DNA of 64,000 bases from an uncultured Verrucomicrobiae bacterium (GTDB lineage: Bacteria > Verrucomicrobiota > Verrucomicrobiia > Chthoniobacterales > Chthoniobacteraceae): contig CAVYKI010000012.1 of the NCBI GenBank assembly GCA_963769025.1, forward strand, positions 160,001 through 224,000, written 5' to 3'. The notes under the pieces are model-generated. The model was not told the DNA's origin. It did not search any database and saw nothing but the letters and a program-made list of their open reading frames with translations. The first letter of the stretch is position 1; each line of letters starts with the position of its first letter. Shown here piece after piece: positions 23,399 through 34,126 of this stretch. The translations under genes were made by a program, and so were the position numbers.

Positions 23399-25594
23399 AT
23401 GAGCTCAGCCATCAAGCGGACATGCATCGTCAGTTGCGAGATCGTCGGGCCGCATAAGAATGGCGGCATCGGCACCCATTGTTTCTATCTGGCGAAGTTC
23501 CTGAGCCGGTCGCTGGGGGAGGACGTGACGATCGCCTACACCGGGGCCATCGAGGTCAGGGACGAGGCATACTGGAAGGAGTGGTTTCAGCGCGAAATGG
23601 GAGTCCGCTTCGTCTGGGTTTCCGCGAAGGAAGACGAGTTGCCGCCCGCCGGATGGGGCCCCAGGCAGGCCCGCATCGCGCGGTGCGTGTTCGACTGGGT
23701 GCGCGAGCAGGATTTCGACGTGTGCCACTTTCAGGAGATGCTCGGACACGGCTACCGCTGCTTCCAGGCGAAGCGGCTCGGGCTGGCTTTCCGGGATACG
23801 GTGCTCACCTGCACGCTGCACAGCTCGTGGGACTGGATCTGCCAGGCGATGCAGGTCTTTCCCATGGCCGGGGCGGAAGAACTCCAGACGAAGTACATGG
23901 AGCGCTACTGCATGGAGAATTGCGACATCGCCATGAGCCCGAGCGAATACATGTTCCAATGGGCGAAGGCGAATCGCATCGCGCTTCCGGCGAATCATCA
24001 CGTCCTCCCCTATCTCCTCGACTCGGGTCTTCGCCACTCCGGCTACGAGCCCGCGAACGGAAAGATCATCTTCTTCGGCAGGCTCGAGACGCGCAAGGGG
24101 CTGGTCCTCCTGCTGGAAGCCCTGTGCGAACTTGAGCGGCGGGGAAATTTCTCCGGTCGCCAGTTGGAGGTCACGCTCCTGGGCAAGGTCGCGCAAACGC
24201 CGGACGGGAACGCGACGGTGACCGTCGAAAAGTATCTCCCCCGGTTTTCGAAGGTCATCCGCATCGTGTTCAAGAGCGACCTGGGGCATCAGGAGGCGCA
24301 CGATTACCTCCTCGCCAACCGGGACGCCCTCGTCGTCTGTCCGTCGCTTGTGGATAACTCGCCGTTTGCAGTCATCGAATGCCTGCAACTCGGGGTGAAC
24401 ATCATCGCCGGCAGATCCGGCGGCATCCCCGAGTTGTTTGCGGACGACACGCGGCTGTTCAATCCGGAGCCGGTGGCGTTCGCGGAAAAGATCGAGGCCG
24501 GTCTCCTGAACCGCCTTCCGCCGCCGGTGAAGCGCTACGATTCGGAACGTTCGGCGCAGCTCTGGACCGAATTTTCCCGGAAGACTGTCGCCGATTTTCC
24601 ACAGGGAAAAACGCCCACTGGGGCGCCGCGGGTGCAGGTGATCGTCGGGGTCGATGCGGCGGAATCCGATCTGGAGCCGATCCTGCGCGCAGTGCAGCAA
24701 CAGACGTTGAAGGACCAACCCGTCACGGTCCTGCACCAAAAGACCGCCCACGCTTCCGCTGGCGCATTCGCCGAGGCGAAGAAGAAGTTCGGCGCGCCGA
24801 CTTGGAATTTCATCGAGCTGGACGACCCGTCGGCTCCCGTCCCGGTCGCGGAAGGGGCCGATCTGATCGCCTTTGTCGGCCCGTGCTGCGTGCCGAAGCC
24901 GCAGTGGCTCGAGCGCATGGTGACGGCGATCCATTTTCAGGGCCTCGATGCCCTGACCTGCTGCACCGAGGTCGCTACGGATGTGGATTTCACCCCGCCC
25001 CTTTCCGTGCACGAGGCGCTCGGCGCGTGCCTCGAAGCCGGGGTTTACGCAAACATGTTCGGCCTCGGGTGCGTCGTCATGAAGGCCGGCGTCGCGCCAA
25101 CGACCCCGGGCGGTTTCAGCCAGCTGTTTTCGCGCGAGGGGCTCTGGGCGTTTCTTGCGGACCTTGTGCTTTCCGGCAAGCGATGTGATGCGCATCCCGA
25201 AGTCCTCGCCCACGTGACCAGCACCGATTTCGCGATGACTTTCGGGCGCCCGAACTATGCCGCGCATGCGGAGGTGCTCCGGCATTTTGCGCGCGACTGC
25301 CCCGCGTGGATCGGCCGACTGCTCAACAATGCTGTCGGCTCGGAAATCACCGTCGGTGCGATCACCGCCGAATACCGGCGGGCGGCTGCCGATATCCAGC
25401 GGCTCCTCGCCGAGGTGCAGATGGCGAGGAAACGGCAGAAGGAGGCGGAAGCCACGCCTTCCATCCGGCGGATCGCCTCCAAGCTGAACCGCGAGGCCTC
25501 AAGACTTTTCAAACAGATCAAAAACCTCGGCAAAAAAAACGGCGGCGCGCCATCCCGGCCAGACGCCCAGGACCGAAAGACCAGCAAACCATGA
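23399..25594 (+). CDS. Glycosyltransferase (GT4 domain plus degenerate GT2-like C-terminal domain and coiled tail)
   Basis: NGGIGT, FFGRLETRKG, PSLVDNSPFAVIE, GGIPE. Confidence 0.85.
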   Translation: MSSAIKRTCIVSCEIVGPHKNGGIGTHCFYLAKFLSRSLGEDVTIAYTGAIEVRDEAYWKEWFQREMGVRFVWVSAKEDELPPAGWGPRQARIARCVFDWVREQDFDVCHFQEMLGHGYRCFQAKRLGLAFRDTVLTCTLHSSWDWICQAMQVFPMAGAEELQTKYMERYCMENCDIAMSPSEYMFQWAKANRIALPANHHVLPYLLDSGLRHSGYEPANGKIIFFGRLETRKGLVLLLEALCELERRGNFSGRQLEVTLLGKVAQTPDGNATVTVEKYLPRFSKVIRIVFKSDLGHQEAHDYLLANRDALVVCPSLVDNSPFAVIECLQLGVNIIAGRSGGIPELFADDTRLFNPEPVAFAEKIEAGLLNRLPPPVKRYDSERSAQLWTEFSRKTVADFPQGKTPTGAPRVQVIVGVDAAESDLEPILRAVQQQTLKDQPVTVLHQKTAHASAGAFAEAKKKFGAPTWNFIELDDPSAPVPVAEGADLIAFVGPCCVPKPQWLERMVTAIHFQGLDALTCCTEVATDVDFTPPLSVHEALGACLEAGVYANMFGLGCVVMKAGVAPTTPGGFSQLFSREGLWAFLADLVLSGKRCDAHPEVLAHVTSTDFAMTFGRPNYAAHAEVLRHFARDCPAWIGRLLNNAVGSEITVGAITAEYRRAAADIQRLLAEVQMARKRQKEAEATPSIRRIASKLNREASRLFKQIKNLGKKNGGAPSRPDAQDRKTSKP

Positions 25595-26325
25595 ACGACG
25601 CCGCCAACACGAAACCCGGGGAATCCACATTTTGGCTGCGCCTCGGCCTGCATCGCTTCGCACCGAAGCTGACTGTGCCCGAAATTTTTCCGCCCATCGA
25701 GGAGGAGTTCAAAAACTACCGCCAGTTTTTCAAGGGGAACGTCCTCAACGCCGGTGCGGGAAGTCGCGACATCCGGCCGCTCATCGAGGGGAAACTCTTC
25801 AATCAGGACCTTCCCACCGGCCTGCATAACGCAAACATCGATATCCTCTCGCCGCTGCATCAAATCCCCGTGAAGGAGGGCTTTTTCGACGCCATCATTT
25901 GCAACGCCGTCCTGGAGCACGTCGAGAATCCCGAGGAAGTAATGGCGGAATTTGCGCGCGTTTGCCGGCCCGGCGGCGTGCTGTTTCTCTGCATCCCGTT
26001 CATGCAGCCCGAGCATTGCGACCCGACCGATTTCCAGCGCTACACGATCGCCGGACTGCGGACTCTCGTGGAGAAACACGGGTTCACCGTCGAGAAAATC
26101 GAGGGCGTCCATTCCGTTTACACGACGCTCGCGTGGATCGTCATGGAGTGGCTCAACTCGAAAAACACCTTCGGGCATTTCCTGCTCAAATTGTTCTTCT
26201 TTCCCTACCTTCGCAGAAAGATCCGCACGTCGAACTTTCACGTCCACTCGCTCGCTTCGGCATTCCGCACGCTGGCCAGACGAAAGGGCGGCCCCGCGCC
26301 CACGCCAAGCGCTCCGGCCAGCTAG
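25591..26325 (+). CDS. Class I SAM-dependent methyltransferase
   Basis: VLNAGAG, FDAIICNAVLEHV, RVCRPGG, PTDFQRYT; ATGA overlap. Confidence 0.9.
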   Translation: MNDAANTKPGESTFWLRLGLHRFAPKLTVPEIFPPIEEEFKNYRQFFKGNVLNAGAGSRDIRPLIEGKLFNQDLPTGLHNANIDILSPLHQIPVKEGFFDAIICNAVLEHVENPEEVMAEFARVCRPGGVLFLCIPFMQPEHCDPTDFQRYTIAGLRTLVEKHGFTVEKIEGVHSVYTTLAWIVMEWLNSKNTFGHFLLKLFFFPYLRRKIRTSNFHVHSLASAFRTLARRKGGPAPTPSAPAS

Positions 26326-26428
26326 TCGCGCATGCGCAACCTTCGAGAGTGTCCGCAAACGCGGGGGCTTTCGATTTTCGAGTCTCCCTGCTGCAAAGCC
26401 GTGGCCAGACGGCCGAGCGATCTGCTTT

Positions 26429-27205
26429 TTACGCCTGCCGAGGCTTCCTGGCTTCCATGAACAGGGAATCCGGTTTGCGGACCGAGCGGTCGGGCAAGAC
26501 GTCCAACTGATAGGACTCGAACTCGGGAAGGCCGGATGTGAAGGCATCCACCGCAGTCACATCGACGAAGCCCGCCGCCTCAAGGAGCAGGCGCAGCGAG
26601 TAGGAATCGTACATCCATTGATGCACCTCGCCCGACAGCCTGAAGCTTCCGACTTGTTCGGCCGTTGCCTTGGCACGTTGCCCGTCGATCCACTCGTAGT
26701 TGAGGCCTTCCTCGCAGAGCTTGCGGATCTCTGGCAGTTTGCTGGCCACTTCGTGGCCGAAGCGCTCGATGACGTAGTCCTGCGCCGGAATCGGGTGTTG
26801 GCAGAGATACTTGAACATCTCGCCGCCGTCCGGGTGCTGGCGCCCGACCTGATCGAGCAGCTCGATGACGCTCCACTCGTATCGTTCCTTGCAAACCGGA
26901 TCGCCGGCCCGTGCGCCGCGCAGATTGGCGAGATACAGTTCGGCGACGACCTCCAAGTTTGGAACGGCCACGCGCATCAACCCGCCAGGCGTGAGCACGC
27001 GGAAGCACTCGGCAATGAAAGCGGAAGCCCGCTCGCGGGGAATGTGTTCAAGGACATGGGAGTGATAGATCACCTCCGCGCTACCCGAGTCGAATGGCAG
27101 TGGGTTCCGAAGATCATGTGCGATCACCGACGGATCCGCCGGGGCGACGTCCAGATTGACCCAATCGCGGTGAAAGTTGCGACCGCAGCCGAGATTCAGT
27201 TTCAT
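26429..27205 (-). CDS. Class I SAM-dependent methyltransferase (glycan-cluster type)
   Basis: KLNLGCG, YHSHVLEH, RVLTPGG, GEVHQWMYD, RKPDSLFMEA. Confidence 0.9.
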   Translation of the reverse strand: MKLNLGCGRNFHRDWVNLDVAPADPSVIAHDLRNPLPFDSGSAEVIYHSHVLEHIPRERASAFIAECFRVLTPGGLMRVAVPNLEVVAELYLANLRGARAGDPVCKERYEWSVIELLDQVGRQHPDGGEMFKYLCQHPIPAQDYVIERFGHEVASKLPEIRKLCEEGLNYEWIDGQRAKATAEQVGSFRLSGEVHQWMYDSYSLRLLLEAAGFVDVTAVDAFTSGLPEFESYQLDVLPDRSVRKPDSLFMEARKPRQA

Positions 27206-27235
27206 GCGGTCCGGAGGGGGCGCGGCTGCACAAGC

Positions 27236-28180
27236 CTATCGGCGGAACCAGACGCCAGTTTCATCGATGGTGGTGACTTTGAACTGCAGTCCGCGGCGCT
27301 GCTCGAATTCGTTCACCGCCTGCCGGCAGCCTTCCCAGTAACCGTAGTCATCGATCTGGACCCGCCCGCCTGGGACGACCTGGTCGAACAGGTTTTCGAG
27401 GATATCCATCGTCGAAGCGTACCAGTCGGCGTCCATGTGCAGCAACGCGATCGGGCCGACGCGCTCACGCCAGATCGGCAGAGTCTCGGAGAACAACCCT
27501 TTGACCGGTTGGACGAGGCTTTCGACGCCGAGCTTCGTGCAAACCTCGAGGAGCGAGGATTCCGGGGCGGAGCACGTCCCGGTGCCCCAGCCGGTCGCCT
27601 CGGCGTGCTTGCCATACGACAGGTCGCAGTCGGAGGCCTTCGGCATGCCGGCGAATGTGTCGAATGAATAGAGTTTGCGCGGCCGGCGACTGTGCCGGGC
27701 GATGATCGTCGAAAGGAGGCCCGACGATCCGCCCGCCGCCACGCCACATTCTACAAAGTTCCCCGGCAAGTCCTCCTCGCACACAGCCCGGGCCAGAGTA
27801 TGGAGCGAAACGAGCCGCGCCTCACTCAGCATCGTGAAAGAACGGACAATTTCGAACAGCTCGCAAAACTCGGGATCGGTCGATGTGGGCTTTGGAGGAA
27901 CCGGAGCCAGCGCGGCGAGTTGTGACGCGGCGAAGTGATTGTCCGGGAAGTATCGGAGCTCTTCCTTGAGCGCCTCCATGGCCGCGTACGGCTGGCCCAT
28001 TTTGACGAAACAAAGGGCCCGGAGCATGTCCGCGTTGGCGATGGGAACCTGGCGCGCTTTGAGGAGATTCAGGGCCGTGAATACCCCCTCAGTGTTTCCC
28101 GCTTCGATGGCTGCCACCATTTTCTCCAAACCGGTCGGAGACGACGGGTCGATTGTAGTCAGCGATTCGATGGAGCTCAT
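27236..28180 (-). CDS. TylF/MycF/NovP-family O-methyltransferase with N-terminal TPR-like helices
   Basis: GNFVECGV, FDTFAGMP, KGLFSETLP, LLHMDADWYAST, IDDYGYWEGC. Confidence 0.92.
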   Translation of the reverse strand: MSSIESLTTIDPSSPTGLEKMVAAIEAGNTEGVFTALNLLKARQVPIANADMLRALCFVKMGQPYAAMEALKEELRYFPDNHFAASQLAALAPVPPKPTSTDPEFCELFEIVRSFTMLSEARLVSLHTLARAVCEEDLPGNFVECGVAAGGSSGLLSTIIARHSRRPRKLYSFDTFAGMPKASDCDLSYGKHAEATGWGTGTCSAPESSLLEVCTKLGVESLVQPVKGLFSETLPIWRERVGPIALLHMDADWYASTMDILENLFDQVVPGGRVQIDDYGYWEGCRQAVNEFEQRRGLQFKVTTIDETGVWFRR

Positions 28181-28335
28181 GCCTTCGGCGAAGCTGTCAG
28201 TTGCCAGTCTCGCGCGGCAAGCCATTTCTCGGCGCGCGATGCGGCGATGGCAGAAAGGGCGACGTCCCTTCATCTCCGCGGTGCGATGCGAGGTCCGCGG
28301 GCTCGTTTCCGCCGCGCTTTTGCGCCCCGCGCGGC

Positions 28336-29352
28336 TCAGGCCGCAGCGTGGCTGGCCTCCGTGTGGGACTGCTCCTCGGCGGTCTTCCGGCGAAGAAAAC
28401 CGTTGGTGCACCAAGTGAAGTTGTGGCCGAAGAAATCACAGTAATTCACATCCATCTCATACTCGTTTGCATGGACGCCGAGGAATTCCTTCAGCGCCTG
28501 ATGCGGCCCCGAGTTGCATCCCGGGATCTCCACCAAATCCGAGATGATTCCATCCTCGACCACGATGTAGTCGCCCGGCTGGAGCCACTGGTGAAAGAAC
28601 CGCAAAGCGGCGATGGAGGTCTCGTACTGGTGGTCCGCGTCTTCGATGACGAGCCACGGCTTCGGAAGCTGCGCCAGGAACGATTCCGAGAGGCATGTGG
28701 CGAGATTCCTGCCATCTCCCGCCATGAATGTCACCCGCGGATGGGAAACCGAGTCCACTTTCACCACGTCGATGGAGTAGATGTGCCCGTCCACGCCGAT
28801 GTTGTTCAGCAAATCCCCGAACCACAACGCGCTGCCGCCCGACTGCGAGCCGATCTCGATGATGGTCATCGGCTTGAGCTGCCAGAGGAGCATCGGATAA
28901 AGCGCGATATCGAAAGGGTTCTTCAGCATCGTGACGCCGCGGTAACGATAGTTGAAGAGGTTCGCCTGAATCGAAATGAGGGTCTCGCGCTGAATCCCTG
29001 TGTTCCAGTTCCGGTCAGCTAGGACGGCGTGGCGGTTCACATGCGGCTTTAAGAACTGGGACATCGCGTTCAGCCGGGCCCTTGCGTTCGCGTGGGATGG
29101 GTCCAGCGCGAGAACCTGTCCGTAGGTCTCGTACGCCTCGACGGAGCGCGCCAGATTTTCGCTGCGAAGACCTTTCTGAAAGAGCGCCTCGGCGGGACTG
29201 GGCTCCGCGGTCTCCGTCGGTCCCGCTGGCGCCGGGTGATCGCCACGCGATGCCGAGGCTCCTGCAAATGGAGCACCGGACCGCTCCGGCACGGGCTGGT
29301 CTTCCCCTTTGACAGGATTCGCACGAGTAAAGAATTGCTTCCACCATTTCAT
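28336..29352 (-). CDS. CmcI/cephalosporin-hydroxylase-family (rhamnosyl O-)methyltransferase with a TPR-like segment
   Basis: YRGVTMLKNPFDIALY, IIEIGSQSGGS, VIEDADH, YIVVEDG, NGFL. Confidence 0.9.
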   Translation of the reverse strand: MKWWKQFFTRANPVKGEDQPVPERSGAPFAGASASRGDHPAPAGPTETAEPSPAEALFQKGLRSENLARSVEAYETYGQVLALDPSHANARARLNAMSQFLKPHVNRHAVLADRNWNTGIQRETLISIQANLFNYRYRGVTMLKNPFDIALYPMLLWQLKPMTIIEIGSQSGGSALWFGDLLNNIGVDGHIYSIDVVKVDSVSHPRVTFMAGDGRNLATCLSESFLAQLPKPWLVIEDADHQYETSIAALRFFHQWLQPGDYIVVEDGIISDLVEIPGCNSGPHQALKEFLGVHANEYEMDVNYCDFFGHNFTWCTNGFLRRKTAEEQSHTEASHAAA

Positions 29353-29828
29353 GGGTTTCGGGTCGCAGGAAGTCCCGTCGATTGCAAGGAGCGAAATCAC
29401 CCGACGACACAGCGTCGCGAACCCGGAAATGACGCTGACTTTTGGACGTCACCGTCGGGCCGTCCTCCTCCGCAAACACGGCTGAAACAGCCGGGGAAGC
29501 GCCCAAATACGAAAGGGAAAACAAATGAACGCCTTTCTGCCCTGATTGCTCCACGCCAGCATGACCTTCCTCGTTGACTTGCCCTCCCGGGAGAAAGACA
29601 AGAACGGCATGCACTCCATGTTCACGCGCGTTGATCCCCTTCCGCATCGTCCTTTTTGAATTGTTTTGGAAATTTTGAACATGATTTCTCCGAGTTTCGG
29701 CGGGGAGCGGAACACGGCCGGACACCGGAACCACGAGGCCAGTCGCGTGGTCAAAGCGCCACACACCCGCATGGTCCGCCAACCGCTCGCGGAAGTTGAA
29801 CCGCCCAAAAGTGCCGGAAACACCGCCG

Positions 29829-32273
29829 ATGGACGACGGTAGCAATCCACCCAATGATTCGCAGCCACCGCCCGGCCCGTTGGAGCGGCTGGCCGAGGAC
29901 TTTGAAAAGAGTGCCCAATCGTGCACAGAGCCCGGAAAGGCATGCGCGACGAAAGAACAGCAGGCCGCCGCCTTCCATCGTGCCGCATTGCTGCTTCGAG
30001 CTGAGATAAGCCGGCGCGCGAATCGGGCGCGTTACGTCGGCATTTTCCTGTGCTTCCTGGCCGCGATCTTGGCCGGCCGGTTGATCTACCAGCAGTGGCG
30101 CGCGTCAGAGCCTGATTATTCGAGGACGCTTTCGGTCGAAGTGTCATCCCCCGGACATCGGTATGTGGAGGTCTTCTGGAATGATCCCGATAAGTTTCCA
30201 GACGCGCGAACCGTTCTGACTCAAACCCCAGCCGCACGGCAGGACTGGAAAGTGAAAATTGAACTCCTTGCCGCCAAAAACCCTCGTTCGGCGGGCACCG
30301 TAACCACCCTCACGGGCATTTTCACGCCCGAGCAACACGTCGATCTTTCCGATCCGAAGATTCAGGCGGGCGCGTGGGCGTTTGCCAAGGATCCGTGGGC
30401 GGCATCAGGCCAAAGTCTCAGTGCGGTGCCTGATGGTACACCCCGGAGCATTTCGGCGGAACTCTCAGGTGGTCGGTTGACGATTGAGTTTTGGGAGAGT
30501 CCTTTCGGCGGAAAACTCAGGGTCGAGGCCAACGGACTATTGCACTACGTCGACACCTACAGTGTCGGCTATGCGCTCGGTCAGTTCCGCCTGCTTCCAA
30601 CCGTGCCTGCAGGTCGGGATTTTGTGCAGCATTCCGCGATCGTGAAGCTCGGACCGCAAAACTGGGACAGGCTCACATTTAAGACGGAAGGCGACACGGT
30701 TCCCGAGATCCGGCATGCGTTCATCGACGGGGAGGAATTGCAATCGGCCGGCCCCGGCACCTACCGGCTGCCAAAGCGCCTTCAGAAGGTGCGGCGAGCC
30801 GCGACGATCGCAGGATTCACCGCCGGGATTACTGTCCTGATGGCTGGACTCCTCGTCGTGAGACTATGGACGAACCGAAAGCGTTCCAAATGGGTCACCT
30901 TCAGCCTGCCATTGGTTCTCTCAATCGGAAGCGCCCTCCTGTGGACAGCCATTTTCAATCCCGGAAACGTCGACATCGACTCATGGAACCAATGGCTTCA
31001 AGGCCTGTGGAACAATTACCACACTTGGTACCCGCCGCTCATGGCGATGTTGATGCACGGGGTCCAGACGTTTGGTGGGAGCATGACCACGTATGCATTC
31101 ATTCAATCAGTCTTCCTCTGGCTGCCGATTTTCCTGATTCTTCGGGATACACTCGCCTCCAACCGCGCGTGGATTATCGGTTGCGCCTTATTTCTCCTCA
31201 ACCCCGCGCTTTGGACCTACAGCGTCACGGTCATGAAGGACGTGGGAACCGCTGCCACGGGGCTGTGGTCCATCTGGTTCTTTCTGCGCTATTTCCGGTC
31301 CCGCCGGCCTTGGGATTTTTGGTCGGCGGTATGGTGCTGTTCCCTGATGGTCGCCTTTCGGGTCAATAGCTTGCTGATCGTCATGGTACCCCTCGCCATA
31401 GTGCTCTTGGAAAAGCACCGCGGTATTCTTTGGAAGGCCGCCAAATGCCTCGCCGTGTTAATCCTCTGCCTTACACCAGACTGGCTCGCAAAGAATTCTC
31501 CAGTGGTTCACGGCAAGGCGAGCTTCTTCGGGCCGCTCTTCATGAGCAGTTATACAGGGATCGTCTCGAAACTCCCGGCGGACGGGGCGGAGTTCCGGTC
31601 CGAACAAGAGCGGTTTGACAGGATTTTTGGAGAGGGGAAACTGAGCGAATATATCGCCATCTACGATCCAAGGATTATCGTTGGCATCCTGACACCCTTG
31701 GGCGGGAAGCTGCCCCCGGTCCCGGTCCGGAAATTGGAAGAGGAACGAAGATTTATCCTTACGCGGACAGCATTGCTTGCGCTCCGGCATCCGGCGCTTT
31801 TCCTGACCCATAAATTAACCAATGCACAGGTCCTGTTTCAGTACCCGCAGCCATCTACCGGTGCGTTTGCACGGGGAGTGGTTGAGAACGATTTGGGAAT
31901 AATCGCCAACTCGCGATTCCCAGCATGGCGGCAACGGATCATTGAATTTGGCGTCTGGTGTACACAGCATACTCTGATATTCCATCACTACGTCGCACAG
32001 ATTCTTGCACTCATCGCAGTGCCGTTTCTTCTCTGGTTTCGAACTTATTCCGGCATCTTCATCGTTGCGAATGGCCTCATTTATACCCTTAGCCTCGTGA
32101 TTCCGGACATGTTTGGTGAATGGCGGTATCTTTTTTTCTCCTACCTCTGTAATTTGCTGTGCATCGTGCTGGCGCTGGAGTGCTGCATCAGGGCGGTGAA
32201 ACGGAGGTTCCGGCGTGCGGCGCTTCCTGTGTCGGAAAATGACTCCTTGCCAGCCCTTCAGCCCGGCTCATAA
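29829..32273 (+). CDS. Multi-pass membrane protein, putative GT-C-fold glycosyltransferase with a large extracytoplasmic N-terminal domain
   Basis: PGNVDIDSWNQ...YHTWYPP loop, MKD, FRVN and EWRY motifs with about 10 or more hydrophobic segments; directly upstream of a polyprenol-P sugar synthase; start uncertain (29796 or 29829). Confidence 0.65.
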   Translation: MDDGSNPPNDSQPPPGPLERLAEDFEKSAQSCTEPGKACATKEQQAAAFHRAALLLRAEISRRANRARYVGIFLCFLAAILAGRLIYQQWRASEPDYSRTLSVEVSSPGHRYVEVFWNDPDKFPDARTVLTQTPAARQDWKVKIELLAAKNPRSAGTVTTLTGIFTPEQHVDLSDPKIQAGAWAFAKDPWAASGQSLSAVPDGTPRSISAELSGGRLTIEFWESPFGGKLRVEANGLLHYVDTYSVGYALGQFRLLPTVPAGRDFVQHSAIVKLGPQNWDRLTFKTEGDTVPEIRHAFIDGEELQSAGPGTYRLPKRLQKVRRAATIAGFTAGITVLMAGLLVVRLWTNRKRSKWVTFSLPLVLSIGSALLWTAIFNPGNVDIDSWNQWLQGLWNNYHTWYPPLMAMLMHGVQTFGGSMTTYAFIQSVFLWLPIFLILRDTLASNRAWIIGCALFLLNPALWTYSVTVMKDVGTAATGLWSIWFFLRYFRSRRPWDFWSAVWCCSLMVAFRVNSLLIVMVPLAIVLLEKHRGILWKAAKCLAVLILCLTPDWLAKNSPVVHGKASFFGPLFMSSYTGIVSKLPADGAEFRSEQERFDRIFGEGKLSEYIAIYDPRIIVGILTPLGGKLPPVPVRKLEEERRFILTRTALLALRHPALFLTHKLTNAQVLFQYPQPSTGAFARGVVENDLGIIANSRFPAWRQRIIEFGVWCTQHTLIFHHYVAQILALIAVPFLLWFRTYSGIFIVANGLIYTLSLVIPDMFGEWRYLFFSYLCNLLCIVLALECCIRAVKRRFRRAALPVSENDSLPALQPGS

Positions 32274-32285
32274 CCTTTTACTCCC

Positions 32286-33500
32286 ATGGCTTTATCGACA
32301 TCCCAATCGGAATCCCCCACCGGAAGCGACCGGATCGGGGCGGGCCGATGCGAACTTTCAGTGGTGATGCCGTGCCTCAACGAAGTTGAGACAGTGGGTA
32401 TTTGCGTTGCAAAGGCGCGGCGCTGGATTGAGTCCAATGGGTTGAACGCCGAAGTAATCGTGGCCGATAACGGAAGCACGGACGGTTCCCAGAAAATCGC
32501 AGAAGAAAATGGAGCGATCGTCGTCCCCGTACCGGAGAAAGGATACGGCGGCGCGCTGATGGGCGGCATCGCCGCAAGCCGAGGCGATTACATCATCATG
32601 GGGGACGCGGATGACAGCTACGATTTCTCCGTTCTGGGGCCATTCGTCGAGCGACTGCGTCAGGGCTACGGGCTCGTCCAAGGGTGCCGCTTGCCGGGGG
32701 CCGGCGGGGAAATCAAGCCGGGCGCGATGCCAGTGCTGCACCGGATCGTTGGCAACCCGTTCTTCTCACTGCTCGCGCGAATTTGGTTCAAAGCGCCAAT
32801 CCACGACATTTACTGCGGGCTGCGAGGGTTTAGCAGGCAGTGTTACGAGCGGCTTGGATTAAAATGTGTCGGAATGGCGTTCGCGACCGAAATGGTGATT
32901 AAAGCCAGCCTGTTTCGGGAGCGAATCTCCGAGGTGCCGATCACGCTCCACCCCGACGGACGTGTGACCCGGCGCCCTCACCTCAAGACATTCCGCGACG
33001 GCTGGCGGACCCTGCGGCTTTTTCTGATGTACGCACCGCGTTGGCTGTTCCTCGTGCCCGGCGGGGTTCTGATTGGCCTCGGCTTGCTCGCCTATGCCCT
33101 CGCATTGCCAGGAATTGCCATTTTCGGCGCGCAACTCGATGCGCACACGCTGCTCTTTGGGAGCCTCTCACTGCTCTGCGGCGCGAACGCAATCTGGTTT
33201 GCCGCTGCGACCAAGGTGTTTGCGATCAGCGAAGGAATGCTGCCGGAAGACCCGCGGCTCACGCGCTTTCTTAGCGTCGTGAATGTGGAGCGCGGTCTGG
33301 TGGCTAGTGCAATTGGCTTGATTGCCGGTCTGGCATTATTGGGGTTCGCCGTTCTGGAATGGCGATCGACGGGCTTCGGCAGGCTCGATTACTCACATAC
33401 GATGCGCCTGGTGATTCCCGGCGCAACCCTCGCCGCGCTCAGCTTCCAGCTCATCCTCTCCATCTTTTTCCTCGGAATCCTCGACATGCACAAGAAATGA
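32286..33500 (+). CDS. GT2 polyprenol-phosphate sugar synthase-like (DPM1/GtrB-like) with C-terminal TM helices
   Basis: VVMPCLNE, ADNGSTDGS, GYGGAL, MGDADDSYD, FRDGWR. Confidence 0.92.
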   Translation: MALSTSQSESPTGSDRIGAGRCELSVVMPCLNEVETVGICVAKARRWIESNGLNAEVIVADNGSTDGSQKIAEENGAIVVPVPEKGYGGALMGGIAASRGDYIIMGDADDSYDFSVLGPFVERLRQGYGLVQGCRLPGAGGEIKPGAMPVLHRIVGNPFFSLLARIWFKAPIHDIYCGLRGFSRQCYERLGLKCVGMAFATEMVIKASLFRERISEVPITLHPDGRVTRRPHLKTFRDGWRTLRLFLMYAPRWLFLVPGGVLIGLGLLAYALALPGIAIFGAQLDAHTLLFGSLSLLCGANAIWFAAATKVFAISEGMLPEDPRLTRFLSVVNVERGLVASAIGLIAGLALLGFAVLEWRSTGFGRLDYSHTMRLVIPGATLAALSFQLILSIFFLGILDMHKK

Positions 33501-34126
33501 GCTTCTTGGACACGCTACACGGCGGCTATGTCCATAGACGCCGCATAACGCGCCTCGCGTTCGCTATCGGCGGCTTGCTTCCGGAAAATTCCAGCCTGCT
33601 GGATGTGGGAGCCGGTGATGGTCGGTTGTCGGCAATGCTCAAAGCCGGCAAATCATCGCTCGATGTCACAGGCATCGACGTTTTGGTGCGTCCCGAGACA
33701 CAGATCCCGGTGAGGCATTTCGACGGCACGCATATTCCCCAAGCCGATCAGAGCTGCGACTATGTCCTGTTTGTCGATGTGCTGCACCATACGGACGACC
33801 CATCGATCTTATTGCGCGAAGCAGCGCGCGTCGCCCGGCGTGGGGTCATCATCAAGGACCATCTGCGCGAGGGAATTCTCGCGAATCGCACCCTCCGATT
33901 CATGGACCGCGTGGGCAACTGCCGGCATAACGTCGCGCTGCCTCACAACTACTGGTCCTTAAAGCAATGGCAGGCGGCGTTCGATGAAATCGGACTTCGG
34001 GCGGCGCAATGGATATCGCAGCTGCACCTTTACCCCATTCCGGCTGACTGGATCTTCGGCAGATCCCTGCATTTCCTCGCGTTATTGGAACGAACGAACG
34101 CGTCTGCTGACGCCCATTCCGTATGA
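33497..34126 (+). CDS. Class I SAM-dependent methyltransferase
   Basis: LLDVGAGDG, VDVLHH, IIKDH; ATGA overlap. Confidence 0.9.
   Translation: MSFLDTLHGGYVHRRRITRLAFAIGGLLPENSSLLDVGAGDGRLSAMLKAGKSSLDVTGIDVLVRPETQIPVRHFDGTHIPQADQSCDYVLFVDVLHHTDDPSILLREAARVARRGVIIKDHLREGILANRTLRFMDRVGNCRHNVALPHNYWSLKQWQAAFDEIGLRAAQWISQLHLYPIPADWIFGRSLHFLALLERTNASADAHSV

Noticed and set aside
29465..29520. gcaaacacggctgaaacagccgggga resembling the start of a c-di-GMP-I riboswitch
   Set aside because: Only one hairpin matches; the GACGCAAAG junction and second stem are not evident. An Rfam scan would settle it.
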